Assembly (NCBI RefSeq): GCF_006345805.1 | Contig: NC_043002.1 | Location: 59,830,001 to 59,894,000 of the forward strand | Source: Octopus sinensis | Taxonomy: Eukaryota | Length of the DNA stretch: 64,000 nt | Reading direction: 5' to 3' | Shown: positions 27,040-40,502 of the stretch, one piece after another | Numbering within the stretch: the stretch's first letter is position 1 | Layout of the letters: each line of letters starts with the position of its first letter | Translations under genes and position numbers: made by a program | Notes under the pieces: model-generated | Databases searched by the model: none | Seen by the model: only the letters and a program-made list of their open reading frames with translations | What the model was told of the DNA's origin: nothing

Positions 27040-27288
27040 TTAGCGAGAAAGAGACCTAGACCTACATGGGGTGGATGTAGGAGTCTTCAAAACGAGACTA
27101 GACTTCTTACTGTCAAGTGTCCCAGATGAACCAACTTCACAGCAGGAAGTGCTGATGAAGGCAGCTACACCATGCACCAATTTCGAGAAGGAATTAGTGA
27201 AGTAAAATTATGTGACAGCACCAGAAGAAAGTGCCCCGGCATAGCCACAGGTCATGAACTGAAACTAGAGGAAATCAAATCAAATCAA

Positions 27289-27291
<3 letters not shown>
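27040..27291 (+). mobile_element. CR1/L2-group LINE 3' end with (AAATC)n tail
   Basis: LHGVDVGVFKTRLDFLLSSVPDEPT..KAA ORF2 C-terminus; 3' end GTGCCCCGGCATAGCCACAGGTCATGAACTGAAAC then (AAATC)n. Confidence 0.75.
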
Positions 27292-27320
<29 letters not shown>

Positions 27321-27323
<3 letters not shown>

Positions 27324-27967
27324 TCGAAGCTTTCTTCCAATGAATCTAATGCGCTTAGCTTAGTTTTCCCTTGGAGCTGGCCAGATTGGAGCGATCTCAA
27401 GATTAATCAGCCGAAATTGCGAGGATGATCCGGTTCTTGACTGAAGATTGAAGGCTTCGAATGTCCCGTCCGTTTTTTTATTGTATCGTCTTCACAATGT
27501 TTTGCGTCCTTGTCCCAGTTTGTATTTTTTATACATATACATATATATATAGCGACGCTCGTACCCTTTTGGTCTTATATGTAAGTACACATTTCTCTAA
27601 ACTCGGTACGACTCATCAACACTGTCTCTCTCCCCCTCCCCTACATTTCTTTGCACTTCACTTTGTCCCTGTCTCTTTTTCTCGCTCTCTCTCTTCTCAT
27701 CCTCCTTAATTCCTTGTTTCCCTTTTCCTCTCTCTTCTCCCACTCCGTGATTACTCTGTCCCTCTTTTCCTCTCTCTTCTCTTCACACGTGACTGACTGA
27801 CGGACTGCTGGCCTTTTTGGGTCTGGCAGACGTCATGGTAACACCAACAATTTTTTCCTCTGCCCCAAGGCACATTCCTAACATGATAGCTGAGTTTACT
27901 TCGTCCTTGTCGAAAGACGCCTATTTGTGATGTCCTGTTATCGCTATTATTATTATTATTATTATTA

Positions 27968-28001
<34 letters not shown>

Positions 28002-28264
28002 TTTACGTATTATTTTGTATTCATATTCGTGTAACATCGTCCGTTTTTCTGTCCTTGTTTTCTATACATTCGAAGCCTTCTTCCAAGGAATCTAATGCGC
28101 TTAGCTTAGTTTTTCCTTGGGGCTAGATTGGAGCAATCTCAAGATTAATTAGCCGAATTTGCGAGGATGATCCGATTCTTGCCTGAAGATTGAAGTATTC
28201 GAATGTCCCATCCGTGTATTTGTATCGTCTACAAATTGTTTTGCGTTCTTGTCCCAGTTTGTAT
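27321..28264 (+). mobile_element. Non-coding element with ~200-bp terminal direct repeats (27321-27525, 28067-28264) in (TA)n
   Basis: Repeats alignable by eye; CT-rich interior; related element at 56930-57765. Strand assignment is arbitrary. Confidence 0.75.
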
Positions 28265-28394
28265 ATATATATATATATATATACAATGTACGGTTCTTCC
28301 TATTTGTGGGATCACAAAACTGTCCCCAATCAAGTGGTAGATTAAATATTTAATATACTCAGATTATACTTAGTGTGAGAAACTAGGCTGCCGC

Positions 28395-28718
28395 GTGTTG
28401 AAAGTAATTCATTGTGCTTTGAATAATTCACCTTTGGAAACATGAGTGTTTTGTTCATCATCCTTAAAATCCCTATTCAGTGACCTTTTGAGCAGGATGG
28501 GCTACTCGGATTGAATAAAATTCTATCTGGGCCCCACCAGTAAGTTCATGCGCTGTTTATTTTGCTATAAGGTCACCATGTCGCGCACATGTGGTTATGA
28601 TTATAATAATAATAATAATTATATAACTTATTAGACAGGTAGTCACTAGGGGTATACTGGGCTTCGTATAATTGCAACCCCAGTATTACTTTGTTGCCGT
28701 GTGCTGCTCTCTCACTCA
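28395..28718 (+). mobile_element. (AAT)n-associated retroposon, 5'-truncated
   Basis: Homology to 5823-6365; ends CTGCTCTCTCACTC. Confidence 0.8.
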
Positions 28719-28765
28719 GTATTATTATTATTATTATTATTATCATTATTATTATTATTATTATC

Positions 28766-28836
<71 letters not shown>

Positions 28837-28983
28837 TAATAATAATGATAATAATAATAATTATAATAATAATAATAATACTAATAACGATAATAATAAT
28901 GATAATAATAATAATAATGATAATAATAATAATAATAATAATAAATAATAATAATAATAATAATAATGATAATAATAATAATG

Positions 28984-29019
<36 letters not shown>

Positions 29020-29039
29020 TAATAATAATGATAATAATT
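28719..29039. repeat. (ATT)n followed directly by (AAT)n
   Basis: Direct reading; orientation switch at ~28765. Confidence 0.97.
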
Positions 29040-29480
29040 ACAGATAGAGAAATTAAGGCCAACAGACCAGATATAGTTGTCAGAGACCATGTAGAAAAAA
29101 AATGCTTTCTAATTGATGTATCAATACCGGCAGATGACAACGTGTCTCTAAAAGAAATGGAGAAACTCTCAAAATACAAAGACCTGGAAATAGAGGTAAC
29201 TAGAATGTGGAACCTGAAAACAGAAACAATTCCTATCATAGTAGGTGCATTAGGCATGATAAAAAATATTCAGACAAATACATAACAAAAACACCAGGAC
29301 TTACAAACACATATAACATACAGAAAATTGCACTACTAGGCACTGCACACATCCTACGCAGAACACTTTCCATACAATAACCATCAGAGCATCACAACAA
29401 ATCACAGCACATACCCAAGGCACACAGAGCTGCGCTCGGTAGTGAAGTGAAAGCACGCTATAAAAATAAAAATAAAACTA
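29040..29480 (+). mobile_element. Well-preserved 5'-truncated R4/Dong LINE (RLE domain and 3' UTR) within (AAT)n
   Basis: TDREIKANRPDIVVRD..LIDVSIPADDN..EKLSKYKDLEIE..IVGALG..IQKIALLGTAHILRRTLSIQ* with one frameshift; (AAT)n on both sides. Confidence 0.93.
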
Positions 29481-29507
29481 ATGATAATAATAATAATAAT
29501 AATAATG

Positions 29508-29547
<40 letters not shown>

Positions 29548-29894
29548 ACTACATTTATGAACTATACTCACAATGTACAGAAACTTCAAGTAAATGTTGG
29601 GATGGCCATGAGTGGAATGCGTTCAATTATATAATGTCATAAGATGTATTGTCTCTATAATAATACAATATAACACGAACAAATACAAGAACATCTTCCG
29701 AACAAGCAACAGCATCCACATCAGTATTGGAATCAATTTTTAAAATAGGTTTGAGATCAATAATTTTTCAGCCAGGTGCGCTGAACACCGTGAGATGGAA
29801 AACACAACGTACAACCCCGTCTAGGAATTGAAACCACGATCTGGCGATCGGGAGTGTCACACTCTAACCGCTACGCCATGCATTCTCATTAATG

Positions 29895-29964
<70 letters not shown>

Positions 29965-29990
29965 TGATGATGATAATAATAATGATGATG

Positions 29991-30051
<61 letters not shown>

Positions 30052-30075
30052 TAATAGTAATAATAACAACCTTTA

Positions 30076-30305
30076 TTGAGGGACTTTTTGAGCAGGATGG
30101 GTTACTCGACCAGAAGAAAATTGTAACTGGGCCCCACCTGCAAGGTCATGTGCTGTTTATCTTGAAATGAGATCACCATATCACGCACATATGGTTGTGA
30201 TGCATGTGCCTGGTGTGCCCTTATCCGACGGGTAGTCATGATGGGTATACTGGGCTTCGTATATTTTACCCCAGTGTCGCTTTGATGACATGCACTGCTC
30301 TCTTA
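30076..30305 (+). mobile_element. (AAT)n-associated retroposon, 5'-truncated
   Basis: Homology to the family 3' part; (AAT)n on both sides. Confidence 0.85.
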
Positions 30306-30348
30306 ATCAATAATTACAATAATAATAATAATCATAATCGTAATAATC

Positions 30349-30404
<56 letters not shown>

Positions 30405-30446
30405 TTTAATAACAACAACAATAATAATAATAAGGAGGAGGAGGGT

Positions 30447-30838
30447 TCTTTTTTTACTTTTACTTGTTTCAGTTATTGGACTGCGGCCATGCTGGAGCAC
30501 CGCCTTAAGTCGAGGAAATGGACACCAGGACTTATCCTTTGTAAGCCTAGTACATATTCTGTCGTTCTCTTTTGCCGAACTGCTAAGTTACAGAGACGCA
30601 AACACACCAGCATCGGTTGTCAAGCGACGTTGGAGGACAAACACAGACATATACACAGACACACATATAAATATACTACGGGCTTCCTTCGACCTCCATC
30701 TACCAAATCCATTCACGAGGCTTTGGTTGGCCCGCGGTATTGTAGAATACAGCTGGCCAAGGTGTCACGCAGTGGGACTGAACCCGGAGCCATGTGGTTG
30801 GTAAGCGCGTTACTTACCACACAGCCACTCCTGCGCCT
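30447..30838 (-). mobile_element. SINE family A, full length
   Basis: Head GGCGCAGGAGTGGCTGTGTGGTAAG..GGGTTCAGTCCC on the minus strand; tail as in 11113. Confidence 0.88.
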
Positions 30839-31339
30839 ACATTTTCATGATGATGTCTCTTATTTGCCAAAAGGGCATCGATTGCGGGAAACATTAGAGT
30901 AAAACTATAATCTGCATAAGGCTTTGCGACAAAGAAATTGGGAAAGAATAGGAGAGAAGAGATGGGATAAAAGTGTACAGAAGTTACAATTGCTGTTATC
31001 ACATATGTGATGAAATATTTCTGATACAAGACACTCTCTAGCTTGGACGGATCAAGGAAGTCCATGAATCCAAGGTCACATTTACAATTAAGGGCATATG
31101 CTTTCACGGAACTGTTGCTTTCAAATCTTTAGGCGCATGCTTAGCATCTGTCCATTCAACCAAATCTTTATTCTTCTCGCCTACGTCAGCTATCTGTTCG
31201 TAAATTTATCTACCTCCCCAGCCTCATTTACCTTTTCAAGTGCAACCTAAAACTCAACAAGGGTTTGACTGGAGAGGAAAAATTAATAATAATAATAATA
31301 ATGATGATGATGATGATGATAATAATAATAATAATAATG

Positions 31340-31424
<85 letters not shown>

Positions 31425-31425
31425 T

Positions 31426-31889
31426 AGCTTCTGATCCTAACTGATTGGAAGTGTTATCATGTACATTGTTTTGTCTTGGTATAAAAGATGGACTACAGCA
31501 AATATTCTGCTCAATACGACAGACTTTCTTGTCAGTTGTTTGACCTTAACCAGCTGAGCATATCCCTTAGTGGCTGACGATATGTGCACCTCTGATCACG
31601 AGCAGAAGTAGTGGGGGGCATAATAGCCGTGTGATGAAAGGAATTCTTGGAGGCTTGGATAATTCATCTTTGGAAACATGGGCTACTCGACCAGAAGAAA
31701 ATTCTAATTGGGCCCCACCTGCAAGGTCATGTGCTGTTTATCTTGATGTGAGATCACCATGTCGTGCACATATGGTTGTGATGCATGTGCAAGGTGTACC
31801 GTTATCAGACGGGTAGTTATGATGGGTATACTGGGCTTCATATATTTTAGCCCGGTGTCACTTTGATGGCATGCACTGCTCTCTCACTC
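31426..31889 (+). mobile_element. (AAT)n-associated retroposon, nearly full length
   Basis: GCTTCTGATCCTAACTGATTGGAAGTG..GCACTGCTCTCTCACTC then AATAATAAT. Confidence 0.88.
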
Positions 31890-32631
31890 AATAATAATAA
31901 TAATAATAGTAATAATAAGATTAACACTAAAAACAAACAACAATACTGATAATGACAATAACTTATAGCAATTGAGTTGATAGCGATTTGCATTAATACC
32001 AATAAACTTCACTGATTGGTAGATCATCTGTAATGTCGCGTGGAAACAAATATCTTTATTGGATTGCTTTTGTTGTTACTGTTGTAGTCATCGCTTTTAT
32101 TGGACGATCGCGAGCAATCTCTATACAAAACGTCTGCAGAGATTTTGGCAAACGATAGCATCACCCTTTGTCGACTGAATTAACTGCGATATTCTTATAA
32201 GCAAATTCCAGTGTAGAGCGCAATAAACCTATAGCTAAATTATAGCGATTATTTGCAATACTGCAACGCACAAACCAACAAGACAACAGCAATATCTCTA
32301 TCTAGATTGACAATATCGATTTCGTACATCGATATGTGTTCATATATCTGACTATATGGGACAGACAGAAAGAAATCAATTGATTCTAATGCAGTCCGAA
32401 TCATGTACATATTCATAATTCACTGAAAGATGAGATGAGGAGAAAAGTAAAGAAGTGTAAACAGAAAAAGGTTGGCAATCGCGTTGGAGAATGATGTAAG
32501 TATATGATGTCAGATATTGAATTCATTATTTAGCGCTCCCTTCATTCCACGGATTTTATCTTAACTTACAGAGTTTGCACGGAGATGAATCATATTAATA
32601 GAGGATTCATATAAATTAAAGTGACCTCGAA

Positions 32632-32810
32632 AGGCGGCAATGTGAAAGGACAGTTAACACCCTAGGTGAAATGCCAGGCAGAATTTCGTCCATCTTTACA
32701 TTGAAATTTCAGCGTGGTCGACTTTGCTTTTCATCCTTTTGGGGTCGATAAAAAAGGACAAGATGGGCACTGGCCTCTATGTAATCAACTTACACTCTTC
32801 CCGGAACGTT
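32632..32810 (+). mobile_element. SINE family B, diverged
   Basis: GGTCGACTTTGCTTTTCATCCTTTTGGGGTCGATAAA. Confidence 0.7.
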
Positions 32811-32894
32811 TGAAACAGTTGAAGTGACCACATATTTTAGCGTTCCCCTAAAGGAAAAATACACTTATGACATCGGTGAGGTTTGACTAGAGAA

Positions 32895-33245
32895 CATGAA
32901 GGAATGCAACTATATTGCTATGCATTTGGATTTTCATGCAACCAAATCTTCCAATCAGTGCTATATTCTTTCTCATGACTTTCAGACGGAGACTCGTGGT
33001 GAGGCTAGTTTTTCCTTTTTTAGGAAACAGTACACGGATTCTTCAAGCCGAGCCAAACGGAGAGACCAGGAACGAGATTGTTAGATGATATCCATGGTGT
33101 TGGTCACGCTTGGAAATCTACCAGAAAATTGTAATAACGACTGCATCGGATACGACTCTTTCGAGGAGTCACCCGATGATTCTCCTCCCATGACCCTCCC
33201 AGTAAGAGCATAGGGAGAAACTGGATGGATAGATGGATGGATGAA
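32895..33245 (+). mobile_element. Decayed RTE-like LINE 3' end with (TGGA)n tail
   Basis: (G)RPGTRLLDDI resembles RTE GRPRTRWxDxI; ends ACTGGATGGATAGATGGATGGATG. Confidence 0.55.
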
Positions 33246-34181
33246 CGGAATAGCTGATTATTTCTATTGCAGTATTAATCTCTCATAATTTTTCGAACAA
33301 ACAATGAACTCGGAAACTAAAAAATCAACATCGATTACAAATTTATTATTAACAGTCTTACCTATAGCATACCAGGCTTTGCATTAATTTGAATTTCCTA
33401 TACAGACAAACATTTCTGTTAATTAACACCAATGCTCCACAACTGACTCCACAATAATTTCATTCTTTTCTTATTTTAGATTGTATAACAACTCCGGCAA
33501 GATTTCTCCGAGGACATCAAATATTCTGAACTTCCTTCAAAAGAATAGGTCATTTATAAAAGTCGCATCATTTGCGCATCTTGTTTATCTTGGGCCTTGT
33601 CTTGTCAATTTTGTCTGTGCTTTCCATCTGTGAAATCTGCTAATCATTTCAGTATCTCAGTAAGGCGTGGAAAGTTTAAACTTAAGTTATTCTCCGTCTT
33701 ATGATAATAATCCAATGTAGGTTTGTATGTAAGGAGGTAAAAATATTTAAGCAATACAAAACAAAACTGAATCGCTATGGAAACACTACATTTATGAATT
33801 GTACTCACAATGTACAGAAACTTCAATTAAAAGTTGTAATGCATTAAATGATAACGTCATAAGATGCATTGTATCAAAAATAATACGATATAACAAGAAC
33901 AGATTCAAGAACGCCTACCGAACAAACAACAACAGCAATATTGGAATCGGTTTTTAAAATAGGTTCGGGATCAACAATTTTTCAGTTAGTACAGTGAATC
34001 ATATATCGACCCCAGTTAATAACTGGTAGATTTATTATCGACGAAAAGCGGAAGCATAATTTGAAATCAAGATGTAAATGGAGAACATTCATATTTCTGC
34101 ATAACTTCACTTCATCAATACGTACATACATACATGAATACAAACATACATACATATATACATGCATACATACACACTCAT

Positions 34182-34226
<45 letters not shown>

Positions 34227-34301
34227 AATATATATATGTCCACCGACATACATAATTTTACATGTATACACATTCACACATACATAAAAAATACACACAC
34301 A

Positions 34302-34353
<52 letters not shown>

Positions 34354-35334
34354 ATACGTGCTGAATGAGAGATGCTGTTCACGCCAGCTTGATCTGCCAC
34401 AATTAGAAGCCACGTCTCTTAAATGACGCCATAAAGTTTTAATATAGGAATAAAACAATGCGTCATTAGGCATTCGTTGCTAGATACAGGAAAAGAAAAG
34501 ACACGATGGTCAGAGAAGAAACCATAATTATAGAACGGCTTTAAGTGTTGGTCTGCTCAATCAACACCGGCAATTGTATATTAACACATAATGCCGAAAC
34601 TCCCATCTCAGATACAGATCACAAATAATCTATAGGACGAAATTAATACTAAATTTAAAATGAAACGACATTGGGATACTGATTTATATATTGAACAGAA
34701 TACACCGATCGATTGTTAAGGAATTACAGCCTAATAAAGATGCGGACAGTGCTTATTATTTCAGTCCTATATCGAAGATTCCTAATTAGATATCATAATA
34801 GATAAACAGCAAAATGACATATTACATCCTGGGTATCAAACATAGAGATCAAATGTAGCGATCGTCTTTGCCCAAATTTGGCTGTACACCTAATAAAGGT
34901 ATGGAATGGTGTTAATATCCATAATAGTGATAATACTAGCTACTTGGCCTGTAAAAGTATGTAATTAGGGAAATTCGATTTTAGATCAGAGATAAAATCA
35001 GCGTCTGTTTAAACTTGAGGGACTCACTGTACAATGCTCGATCTACTGGAATTAACAGCTAAATCTCACTTAAATCTTATTCTAACATCTTAAAAGTAAG
35101 AAAACACCGAGCAATGAAACCTTAAATATTGAAAATAGAGCGACGACTATAACTAGAAAGCCATGGGTCACGGCGAAACTGTAGCGAAACCAAAAAGTAA
35201 AAGACCAAAATATGATATACGTATGATTGTAGGTCACTCTTGAGTTACAATTAAGTTTTGCTTTATGTTTCGTCCATGATGTTTATTTTTATGTAAGACC
35301 TTTATGGTTAATAAAGAAATCGCCAGTATAAATA

Positions 35335-35840
35335 TTATTTTCTTGTCTTTACACAGCTTCTAACGCTGGAGATGTACAACAGTATCCGCTGTTCACTACA
35401 AGTGAACTAAGGTAACACCTGTTATTTTTCGAGCACCATACTGAGTATTCGAGCGGTTCGAAACAGTTCTGTTTTCTGCAAGTGCTCCACCCTTATTGCA
35501 TCCCCTATTTGTGCCATGTACTTCTCAAGATTTTTACTCTCTGTTCCCAGGGCTCTAACAACTACTGGTGTTACAACTACCTTTTTCATTGACCACATCT
35601 GATTAACATCTCAAGCTAACCTGTCATATCTATCGACTTTTCTTTCTTATTTATCGCGTACCTAATTGTCCAATAAATCCAATAAATCCTCCCCCCTCTT
35701 TTAATTTGGTATATAAAGTCTGTTTGTGTCACTTTTTGGATGGAGTATCCCATATCTAGCCTTATCTTTTGGTCTAAGCTGTTTAGTTCGTCTACTGCCC
35801 ATGCGATTACCCCAGCTCCATGTCTAAGGAGTGAAACCGC
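35335..35840 (-). mobile_element. Internally deleted R4/Dong-like LINE fragment
   Basis: Minus strand: post-RT segment (YGILHPKSDTNRLYIP) joined to RKVDRYDRLA..MWSMKKVVVTPVVVRALG..LQKTELFRTARILSMVLEK*. Confidence 0.75.
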
Positions 35841-35949
35841 CTAGTATTATTATTGCTGTTGTTGATGTTGTTATTATTATTATCGTTATAATTATTATTC
35901 AGTAGTCTTAGTTTTATACGTACTTTCAATGTCAAAATTATTATTCTTT

Positions 35950-36155
35950 TTAACTCAGGTTTTGTTGGAACTCCTGGAGATTTTTCAGCCATGTTAGTAG
36001 TTGAGTGCCGATACTTCCAAGTTCACCAATTGCTATTGGTATCACATTGTACTTCATTGACCACAACCTTTGTATTTCACACTTTAAATCGTCAGAGTGT
36101 TTTACTTTTTCTTCTACTTTCACATTGATCTTGGAGTCACCAGGGCATGCTATGT
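35950..36155 (-). mobile_element. R4/Dong RLE fragment
   Basis: IACPGDSKINVKVEEKVKHSDDLKCEIQRLWSMKYNVIPIAIGELG. Confidence 0.8.
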
Positions 36156-36163
36156 ATATTCTT

Positions 36164-36309
<146 letters not shown>

Positions 36310-36325
36310 CATTATTATTATTATT

Positions 36326-36765
36326 GAGCCAGAGATCAGTGCATGCCGACAAAGTGACACTGAAGTAAAATATATCAAGCTCAGTATATCCAGCATGCTT
36401 GAGTATCCCATCACGCTCGAAAGGGTTGTTTGAGGATGAATAAGAGATGTTTAAGGATGCTGAACGAAACACTCATGTTTCCAAAGGTGAATTGTCTAAA
36501 CCCCCAAAGAAATCTTAAAATCTTGCTATGATGCTCCCCCACTACTTCTGCTCGTGATCAGAGATGCACATATCGGCAGTACCTAAGGGATAAGCTCAGC
36601 TGGATAAGGTCAAACAACCAACAAGCAAACCTATGGTATTTAGCAGAATATTTGCTGTAGCCGATCTTTTTATACCAAGACACAACAATGTACATGATAA
36701 CACTTCCAATCAGTTAAGATCAGAAGCCATGAGAGAGCCACTGTCTGGTACTGCATCAGAGCATT
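36326..36765 (-). mobile_element. (AAT)n-associated retroposon with intact 5' end and an internal deletion
   Basis: Same 5' start as the copy ending at 6365 (AATGCTCT..TACCAG..AGTGGCT); a truncated sibling follows at 36797-36903. Confidence 0.85.
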
Positions 36766-36905
36766 TATAACAATAATAATAATTATTATTATTAAGTAAG
36801 AGAGCAGTGCATGCCATCAAAGTAACACTGGGTTAAAATATACGAAGCCCAGTATACCCATCATAACTACCCCTCTGATAAGAGTACACTAGACACATGC
36901 ATTAC

Positions 36906-36989
<84 letters not shown>

Positions 36990-37472
36990 CAATTGCTTAC
37001 TTTATTTCTGAGTTGACTCTGTAATGCGGTACTGAGTTTACAGTGAGGTGGTAACGTTATAGGAAAATGGTGAAGTTAAATAAACGCGATTTAGGCGCAA
37101 GAGGGACTCGGGGAGTTTTGAAACAAAGGCATTGAAATGAAGGTTAATTTTCACTGTGAAAAATCCATTAACATTCTGAATTGATTGTAGCGGAATTTAA
37201 ATGAGATCCCCAATACTAAATATCATAAGGAGGATATAGCCCAAGATATTACGAACATAGACTTAAAGAAAAATGATAAAAATTAAGTGCGATGTGTAGT
37301 GTGGGGTGCCTTTATGCACCGTAAAATGTCAGATATTCCGATGTATGACAATTTCATGGGATGTTGTGAAACGTACAGATATACAGAAATCTCTTACACT
37401 TCCGCTATCTCTCTTTCTGCCTCTCCCTCCTCCTCCTCCCCCTCTCTCTCTCGATGTATTTATACAGTTATT

Positions 37473-37557
37473 ACTATAGCCTCGTACCGCCCAAAGCCTT
37501 GTGAGTGGATTTGGTGGACGGAAACTGAAAGAAGCCCGTCGTATATATGTATATATG

Positions 37558-37619
<62 letters not shown>

Positions 37620-37860
37620 GTATGTATGTATATGTATGTGTGTGCGTATATGTTTGTGTGTCTGTGTTTGTCCCACCAACATCACTTGACAACCGATGCT
37701 GTGTGTTTACGTCCCCATAACTTAGCGGTTCCGCAAAAGACACCGATATAATAAGTACTAGGTTTACAAAGAATAAGTCCTGGGGTCGATTTGGTCGACT
37801 AAAGGTGGTGCTCCAGCATGGCTACAGTCAAATGACTGAAACAAGTAAAAGAGTAAAGAA
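37473..37860 (+). mobile_element. SINE family A, 5'-truncated
   Basis: CCAAAGCCTTGTGAGTGGATTTGGTGGACGGAAACTGAAAGAAGCCCGTCG, (TA)n, then tail GGTGCTCCAGCATGGCTACAGTCAAATGACTGAAAC. Confidence 0.88.
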
Positions 37861-39565
37861 TGAAGTGTATATACATGTAAAAAGGAATATTATTAAAAAA
37901 AATATTTTGAAATTATATTTCTTCTCGAATTCTATTTTGTATGGGTTTTGTCGATTTAGTTTATCCCTTCATGTTTCAACCTGGCTTCCACAGGATTTGA
38001 ACTCTGTACTTAAAGAAAAGGAAGAATTTCCGATATGCGTTTTGTCCTATGCGCTTACGATTTCACACATTCTCTGCTTGTTCAACAAACATTAAATTTG
38101 AGTTGAACAGTAGAAAAAGCAATGAATATATTAAAGATAAAGTACCCGACCCACATCACGTGCAAAACTAATTCACAAATTATACTGAAAATGTACTCAG
38201 AAATCATATATAAACTATGGATAGAATGCAGGGAGATACTATCACACATTCTTATAGATCAGAAGGCCAACACCAAAACATGTAACTAGCACTAATTATA
38301 TACAATATAAACAGTAAAAACAAATCCTTACGATCAATAACAAACGTCAAACACGTATCCATGTAAAAGCTAATAATGAACAAAGTGTTTTCAAAAGTTG
38401 AATATTTAGAAAGACATTATTAAAGAAATGTAGAAAAGAGAGGCGGTGTGTTTAGTGCTTAAAAAACTTTGCTCGTCGCTCTGATAGACTAGGGTTAACC
38501 TAAGAATAAACAACAGCAAAAATGATAGCAGCAAAAGCTAATAAAATAAAAGAGCCAAAACATAATCTTGCCATGGATGTAAAATTTCAAGCCTTAATTC
38601 TCCATCTATGACGTCCACCCACTTAATCGAAAAAGGATAATCACAAATTATCGCCTTTGATTCGCAGAAGTAATAATTGAGAAACGCTGCTTTCATCGCC
38701 ATGGAGATAACAGCAATAAAATGAGTAAATGAGTGAATGAATAATTAATTAAAACCAGAATATAAAAGGGAGTGTTTGGAAATTCGATAATGGAGGAATA
38801 ACTAAATGAACATTTCGGAGCAATTTGGCGGACAACTTTTATACGCATAAACCAATAATTAAAGCATAAAACAGTCAATAAATGTAATTAAAAATAAACA
38901 ATAATTGAGAAAGATGAAGGAAAAAATCATTTAAATACAGCCAGACTTTTTAAAAATCATCTGAGATTTAGGAATAATATGTGCGCTATTAACACATTTG
39001 GAGGGCCAACCATAACATGTGTCGACGCACAAAATACAACTGTAAAACCTCCTGTATTTTACATGGTCGTGGCGGAGGTATCTGTGAGGCCAGGCAGTTG
39101 ATAACTCTGTCTTTATGTAGCTGATATTGTATCGTTCTTGTGCAGTTACCTTAAAAATCTGAATCGATGCACACAGTTCGTTGAAACGTTGTAAACCTCT
39201 AAAATGTGAGAGGTTTTTAGCCCCACCTTTTATCATTGAATAAGTGGGGGTCAGAGTAAGATTCCATTGGCAGTAGTAGTTAAATTTTACTACAAGGGGA
39301 ACAATGAGTAAATTTTACACCCACTGCCTAAAGTAGCGGCAGCGATATAGTTTGATATGATATAGGAATGTAATCACACAAATTAAAAATACTAAGCCAT
39401 CGGTGTATATGTACATACATACATACATACATAATTGCATACATGTATATATGTATGAATATATTATTCTTATACACGAGTATTATGGACAGTGACTTCG
39501 AAGTTCGGCCAGCTAAGCTGTCGTCGGAATGTTTAACTGTAGACAGAAACTGAAAGAAGCCCGTC

Positions 39566-39610
<45 letters not shown>

Positions 39611-39655
39611 GGACTGACTTGGTGCATCAGCTTAGGTACCTAATTCAACTGAATC

Positions 39656-39687
<32 letters not shown>

Positions 39688-39689
39688 GC

Positions 39690-40052
39690 TTTTATTATTT
39701 TACTTCTTTCAGTCATTTGACTGCGGTTATGCTGGAGCACCGCATTTAGTCGATCAAATCAACTGCAGGACTTATTCTTTGTAAACCTAGTACTTATTCT
39801 ATCGATCTATTTTGCAGAACCGCTAAGTAAAGGAGACGGAAACATACCAACATCGGTTGTCAATCGATGGTGGTGGTGGTGGTGGTGGTGGTGGTAATGG
39901 GGGACAAATACAGACACACAAGCATATACACTCATGCATACATACACACACGTATATATACGACCGGCTTCTTTCAGTTTCCGTCTACCAAATCCACTCA
40001 TAAGGCTTTAGGCAGCCCGATGCTATAGTAGATGACACTTGCCCAAGGTGCC
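39690..40052 (-). mobile_element. SINE family A, head-truncated
   Basis: Same modules as other family A copies. Confidence 0.85.
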
Positions 40053-40083
<31 letters not shown>

Positions 40084-40132
40084 GTGTCAATACATGGTGT
40101 GTTTGTATGTGTGGTTGGTTTCATAATTTTGG

Positions 40133-40181
<49 letters not shown>

Positions 40182-40458
40182 AAATGAAAGGATAGATATA
40201 ATTGAGCCCAACAGGTATCGTTCAGGCACATTTGCATAATGAGGTTCGGGCTACTTGCATCAAATAATACGGAATACCAGGGGATTATTTAAGGTAAACA
40301 GTCAAACACTATTTCAGTCAATAAGTAAATCCTGTATTCACTTCGTTGGATTATAAACAGTTTACAGGTTGTATGTTGAAAACATTAAAATACAGATGGA
40401 GAATTGTACATCCAGACACACAGATACATACAGATACACACCTGTATATAAGTATGCT

Positions 40459-40502
<44 letters not shown>

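Noticed and set aside
27405-27475. Hammerhead at GCCGAAA..CTGAAGA (also 28183, 57040, 57658)
   Set aside because: Stems I-III could not be formed in type I, II or III topology; kept only as a conserved motif.
31570-31615. CTGACGA..GAAG in the (AAT)n-associated retroposon as a hammerhead
   Set aside because: No GAAA and no compatible stems.
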